Positions 61,070 to 64,000 of a stretch of DNA of 64,000 bases are shown here, in pieces. A model generated the notes under the pieces. That model was not told where the DNA came from. It ran no database searches and was given only the letters and a program-made list of their open reading frames with translations. The number at the start of each line of letters is the position of its first letter. Positions within the stretch are counted from its first letter, which is position 1. Both the position numbers and the translations under genes were made by a program. Source of the DNA: Scenedesmus sp. PABB004 (lineage: Eukaryota); NCBI GenBank assembly GCA_014905635.1, contig JABVCE010000020.1, forward strand, positions 186,001 through 250,000, in the 5' to 3' direction.

Positions 61070-62300
61070 GCATGACTGCGCTTGGGGTGGCGCTCAAGGC
61101 CAGGTCTGGTGCCGCGCCGGACACGCTGGTTGCAGAACTGGCAGAGGGAAGCACAGCTGGGGCATGCGAGCTCTGCATGGCGGCGGCGGTGCGGTGGTCC
61201 GGGAAACGCGGCGGCGGGGCAGCACGTGGGTGGCGCGGCGCCCTCGGCTGCTGTGCGCTCACACGATTGCGCGGGGAAGGGGGGGGGGGCTGGCTGCACG
61301 CGTGCGTTTGCCAGCGCGCGGGGCATTTCCACAGCTTGTGTGTGAGCGCTGCGCATGCGCATGAGGGACTGAGCTTGGGTTGGACTTGTGTGCGCGCGTT
61401 GGCGCTTGACTCTCGAACAGAGGCGGCTGCCGCCCAAACGCATCGTGGGGCGGTGGCATCCAAGCTGTCGTGGGCGCTGCTGCTACAGTTTGGCTGCTGC
61501 AGTTTGGCCAGTTTGTTTGGCCGCTTCTGGCTGTGGTGCCGCAACACGACGGCACTGCGCTCGGCCGGGAGGGCGTGCGCTGCCGACGCGGGCAGCCCGA
61601 TCTCAAATTCAAGCGCGTGGTTGATGCAGGACTGAGCTTTGGGTCTGCGCTGGCCCGCGCGGCAGCTTGACAGTACAACACAGTGGCGGCTGCATGTCCC
61701 CCGCCTCATCGCACGCATTCAAAAGGCTCGTCCCTCGCGCACACCCTGCGTCGGTGTGCAAATGTTTGATCGTGTGGTCGCGGCACACGTGCGCTGGGCA
61801 CAGATGAATTGGTCTTGGGCGGGGGCGGGCTGGGCACGGCGGCTGCTGTGCGCTCAAGCGACCGCTGGTGGGTCCACCGCCCTGCGCGGGGCGGCACTGG
61901 CTGCGCGCGTGCGCTGCCGGCGCACGCATTTTCCAATTCAAGCGCGTGGGTGATGCGGGACTGAGCTCTGGCTCTGCACTGGTCTGGTGCGGCGCGCTGC
62001 CGCGGCAGCAGCGTCAACGCCAACAGAGCCGGCTGCAGGCAGTGCCTGGCGCCAGCGCATGCGCGCCGGCCTCGCGTGGGGCCCCCGGCATTCAGCAAGC
62101 TCTCGTGCACGCTGCCACATGGCTGCAGTGGTTGGGACTTCAATGTTGTTGAGGTACACGTGCACAAACTGCAAGGCGGTGTGAGGGCGGCTGCGGGACG
62201 CGCAGCTGCCGCGGCCGCTGCCCCCGACAGGGCCCCGCAGCACCGAGGTCGCCCCGGCCCACCCCGCCGTGCACTGTGCGCCGGTCCGCGTGCGCTCCTC
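61070..62300 (+). repeat. Degenerate intergenic repeat family (between LRR5 and LRR6, with internal duplication)
   Basis: TTCAAGCGCGTGG.TGATGC.GGACTGAGCT occurs at ~61608 and ~61937. The stretch 61890-62340 is colinear with 14010-14470. Confidence 0.8.
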
Positions 62301-62746
62301 AGCTTCAGGCCATCACCAGGCAACGCCGGCCCCACACGGACCTGCCGCGCCGCCACGCCCGGGCGTGCGCCGAGCGTTCGAGCGCCGAGCTGCGGCGGCG
62401 CGGTGACGCCCGCGCCCCCGTGCCGCACGCACGCCGTGCGGATGATGCCGTTTTGCAGCTCTCCGGTCGGCCCAGGCGCCCAGCCCCGCTTCCAGCCCCG
62501 GACGCGCCCGCCAGGCCCTGCTTCCGGGGCGCTGCACGGGCTTGCGAGCTCCTCCCCGCGACCAGGCCGCACCGCCGCTCCGCCGCCGCGCCGTTCGCCC
62601 CGCCTCCATCGCACCGGCACCTCCGCACTGGCCCAGCGGCGCGCTGCCGCGGCCCACCGCGCGCACGAGACCAACCCGCGGCTGTCGCAGCGCGCCCCGG
62701 GCGGTCGGCAGGCCCCGCCCGCACGCGCTCCGCCTGCCAGCCAGTC

Positions 62747-64000
62747 ATGTCCAGTCGCAGCGGCCACGTGCTGGCGCGGCACGCGCTCGCACTGGCGGCG
62801 GCGCTGGCGCTGCTGCTCGCGGCCGCCCCGGCCGGCGGCGCGGCGGCGCGCGGGCCGCGGCGCGGCCTGCTGGCGGACGGGGGTGGCTCCCGCAGCTTGA
62901 TGGCCGCTACTGCAGAGCCGGCCGTCGTTTGCCCGCCCGGCAGCGGCGTGTCGGCGGGCAGCGGCGGGGCCTGCGCGCCGTGCGCGCGCGGCACCTGGTC
63001 GGCCGGCGGGCCAGACGTGCGCTGCCGGGGCTGCCTCAAGGGCTACAACACGCCCGGCGAGGGCGCAACGTCGGCGGCGGCCTGCAGCGACTGCAGGGCC
63101 GGCTACGGCCGCGCGCGCGAGCGCAACCGGCCGGGCTGGCTATTGGTCAACCGCTTCCACTACGTCTGCGCGCTCTGCCCGACCGGCACGTGGAGCGCCA
63201 CCAAGCCGGGCGCCGGCATTCAACGCTGCCGCCCCTGCCCCGCGCTGATGACGACGTCAGGCCCCGGCGCCAAGAGCGCGGCCGCATGCAACGTGACCCT
63301 CGCCCTCCCCGACGACCCGGTGGCGTCGGCGCTGCTGCGCGGGGCGATGGAGCTGGGCCTGCCTGCCGGCAACCCTTCCCTGGCATCCTGGCGCGCCGAC
63401 ACCGACCCTTGCACCTGGTCGGGCGTGCGCTGCTCATCGAGCGCACAGCGTGTGGTCGCGGAGCTGGGCGTCAGCCTGTCTGGGCAACCGACCGGCCGCC
63501 TGCCGCGCGCGTGGGGCGAGCTCGGCCCTGATCTGGTGTCGCTGACCATCGGCGCACACGACACCCCCAAGTTCAGCGACCCGTCCGTGCCCCAGGAGTG
63601 GCGCAACCTCACCGGCCTCAGGACGTTGTGGCTAGTCGGCCTAGGCCTGTCCGGCCCGCTGTCGCTGGCGGCGCTGCCACCAAACGTGGACACCGTGCGG
63701 TTTGGCAGCAACAACTTCACCTCCCTGGCCGACGATCTGGCGCCGGGCGCGCTGCCCGCGCTGGGCGACCTAGCAATCTGGCAAGACCCCGTGTGCCCCA
63801 TAACGGGGACGCTGCCGGTCTCGTGGTCGATGCTTACGGCGGTGCTGTCGCTGCGCCTTGCCAACCATGCGCTGACCGGCCCCCTGCCTCCCACCTGGGG
63901 CACCGGCATGGCAGCGCTCACGACGCTGGACCTGTCGCACAACGCGCTCACGGGGGCCCTCCCCCATGAGTGGGACGGCATGGCCAAGCTCTTGCAACTT
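62747..64000 (+). CDS. LRR6: secreted Cys-rich-repeat + LRR protein, runs off the window end
   Basis: ATG at 62747 gives MSSRSGHVLARHALALAAALALLL; LRRNT WRADTDPCTWSGVRC; LTTLDLSHNALTGALP. It is absent from the ORF track because no stop lies in the window. Confidence 0.85.
   Translation, partial: MSSRSGHVLARHALALAAALALLLAAAPAGGAAARGPRRGLLADGGGSRSLMAATAEPAVVCPPGSGVSAGSGGACAPCARGTWSAGGPDVRCRGCLKGYNTPGEGATSAAACSDCRAGYGRARERNRPGWLLVNRFHYVCALCPTGTWSATKPGAGIQRCRPCPALMTTSGPGAKSAAACNVTLALPDDPVASALLRGAMELGLPAGNPSLASWRADTDPCTWSGVRCSSSAQRVVAELGVSLSGQPTGRLPRAWGELGPDLVSLTIGAHDTPKFSDPSVPQEWRNLTGLRTLWLVGLGLSGPLSLAALPPNVDTVRFGSNNFTSLADDLAPGALPALGDLAIWQDPVCPITGTLPVSWSMLTAVLSLRLANHALTGPLPPTWGTGMAALTTLDLSHNALTGALPHEWDGMAKLLQL

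Noticed and set aside
1..64000. Prokaryotic operon, prophage or defence-island interpretation; tRNA/rRNA genes
   Set aside because: All recognisable genes are interrupted by spliceosomal introns. No RNA-gene, integrase or transposase signatures were recognised by eye.

Overview
This is eukaryotic nuclear DNA. It is very GC-rich and intron-dense, with short GT/GC-AG introns and a GTGCGC/GTGAG-like donor consensus. By inference it comes from a chlorophycean green alga, given RbcX, plastid-type HisHF and TTTAGGG-like motifs. Most ORFs in the track are GC artefacts, so genes were rebuilt by splicing exons by eye, and boundaries other than start/stop codons are approximate. Eight single-copy genes are present: PIG-C/GPI2, an ANKRD39-like ankyrin protein, HisHF, a NEK-like kinase, RbcX, a PDI-C/ERGIC thioredoxin, a degenerate katanin-clade AAA ATPase and a self-sufficient CYP102/CYP505-like P450-reductase fusion. 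Two expanding families of secreted proteins sit in the gaps between them. One is six Cys-rich-repeat + LRR genes, three with disabling lesions. The other is three bacterial-type sulfatase genes, one frameshifted. The best candidate for an undescribed system is this accessory layer. The LRR paralogs keep a near-constant framework but vary sharply at the exposed beta-strand positions. They are mosaics of one another, vary in LRR number and share a fixed-position upstream 19-mer. They also share a degenerate flanking repeat with the sulfatases, which show the same patchwise mosaicism around the active site. Other oddities are an RbcX stop codon in frame with a kinase ATG 15 nt downstream, many GC-AG introns, and strand-polarised telomere-like motifs inside introns.
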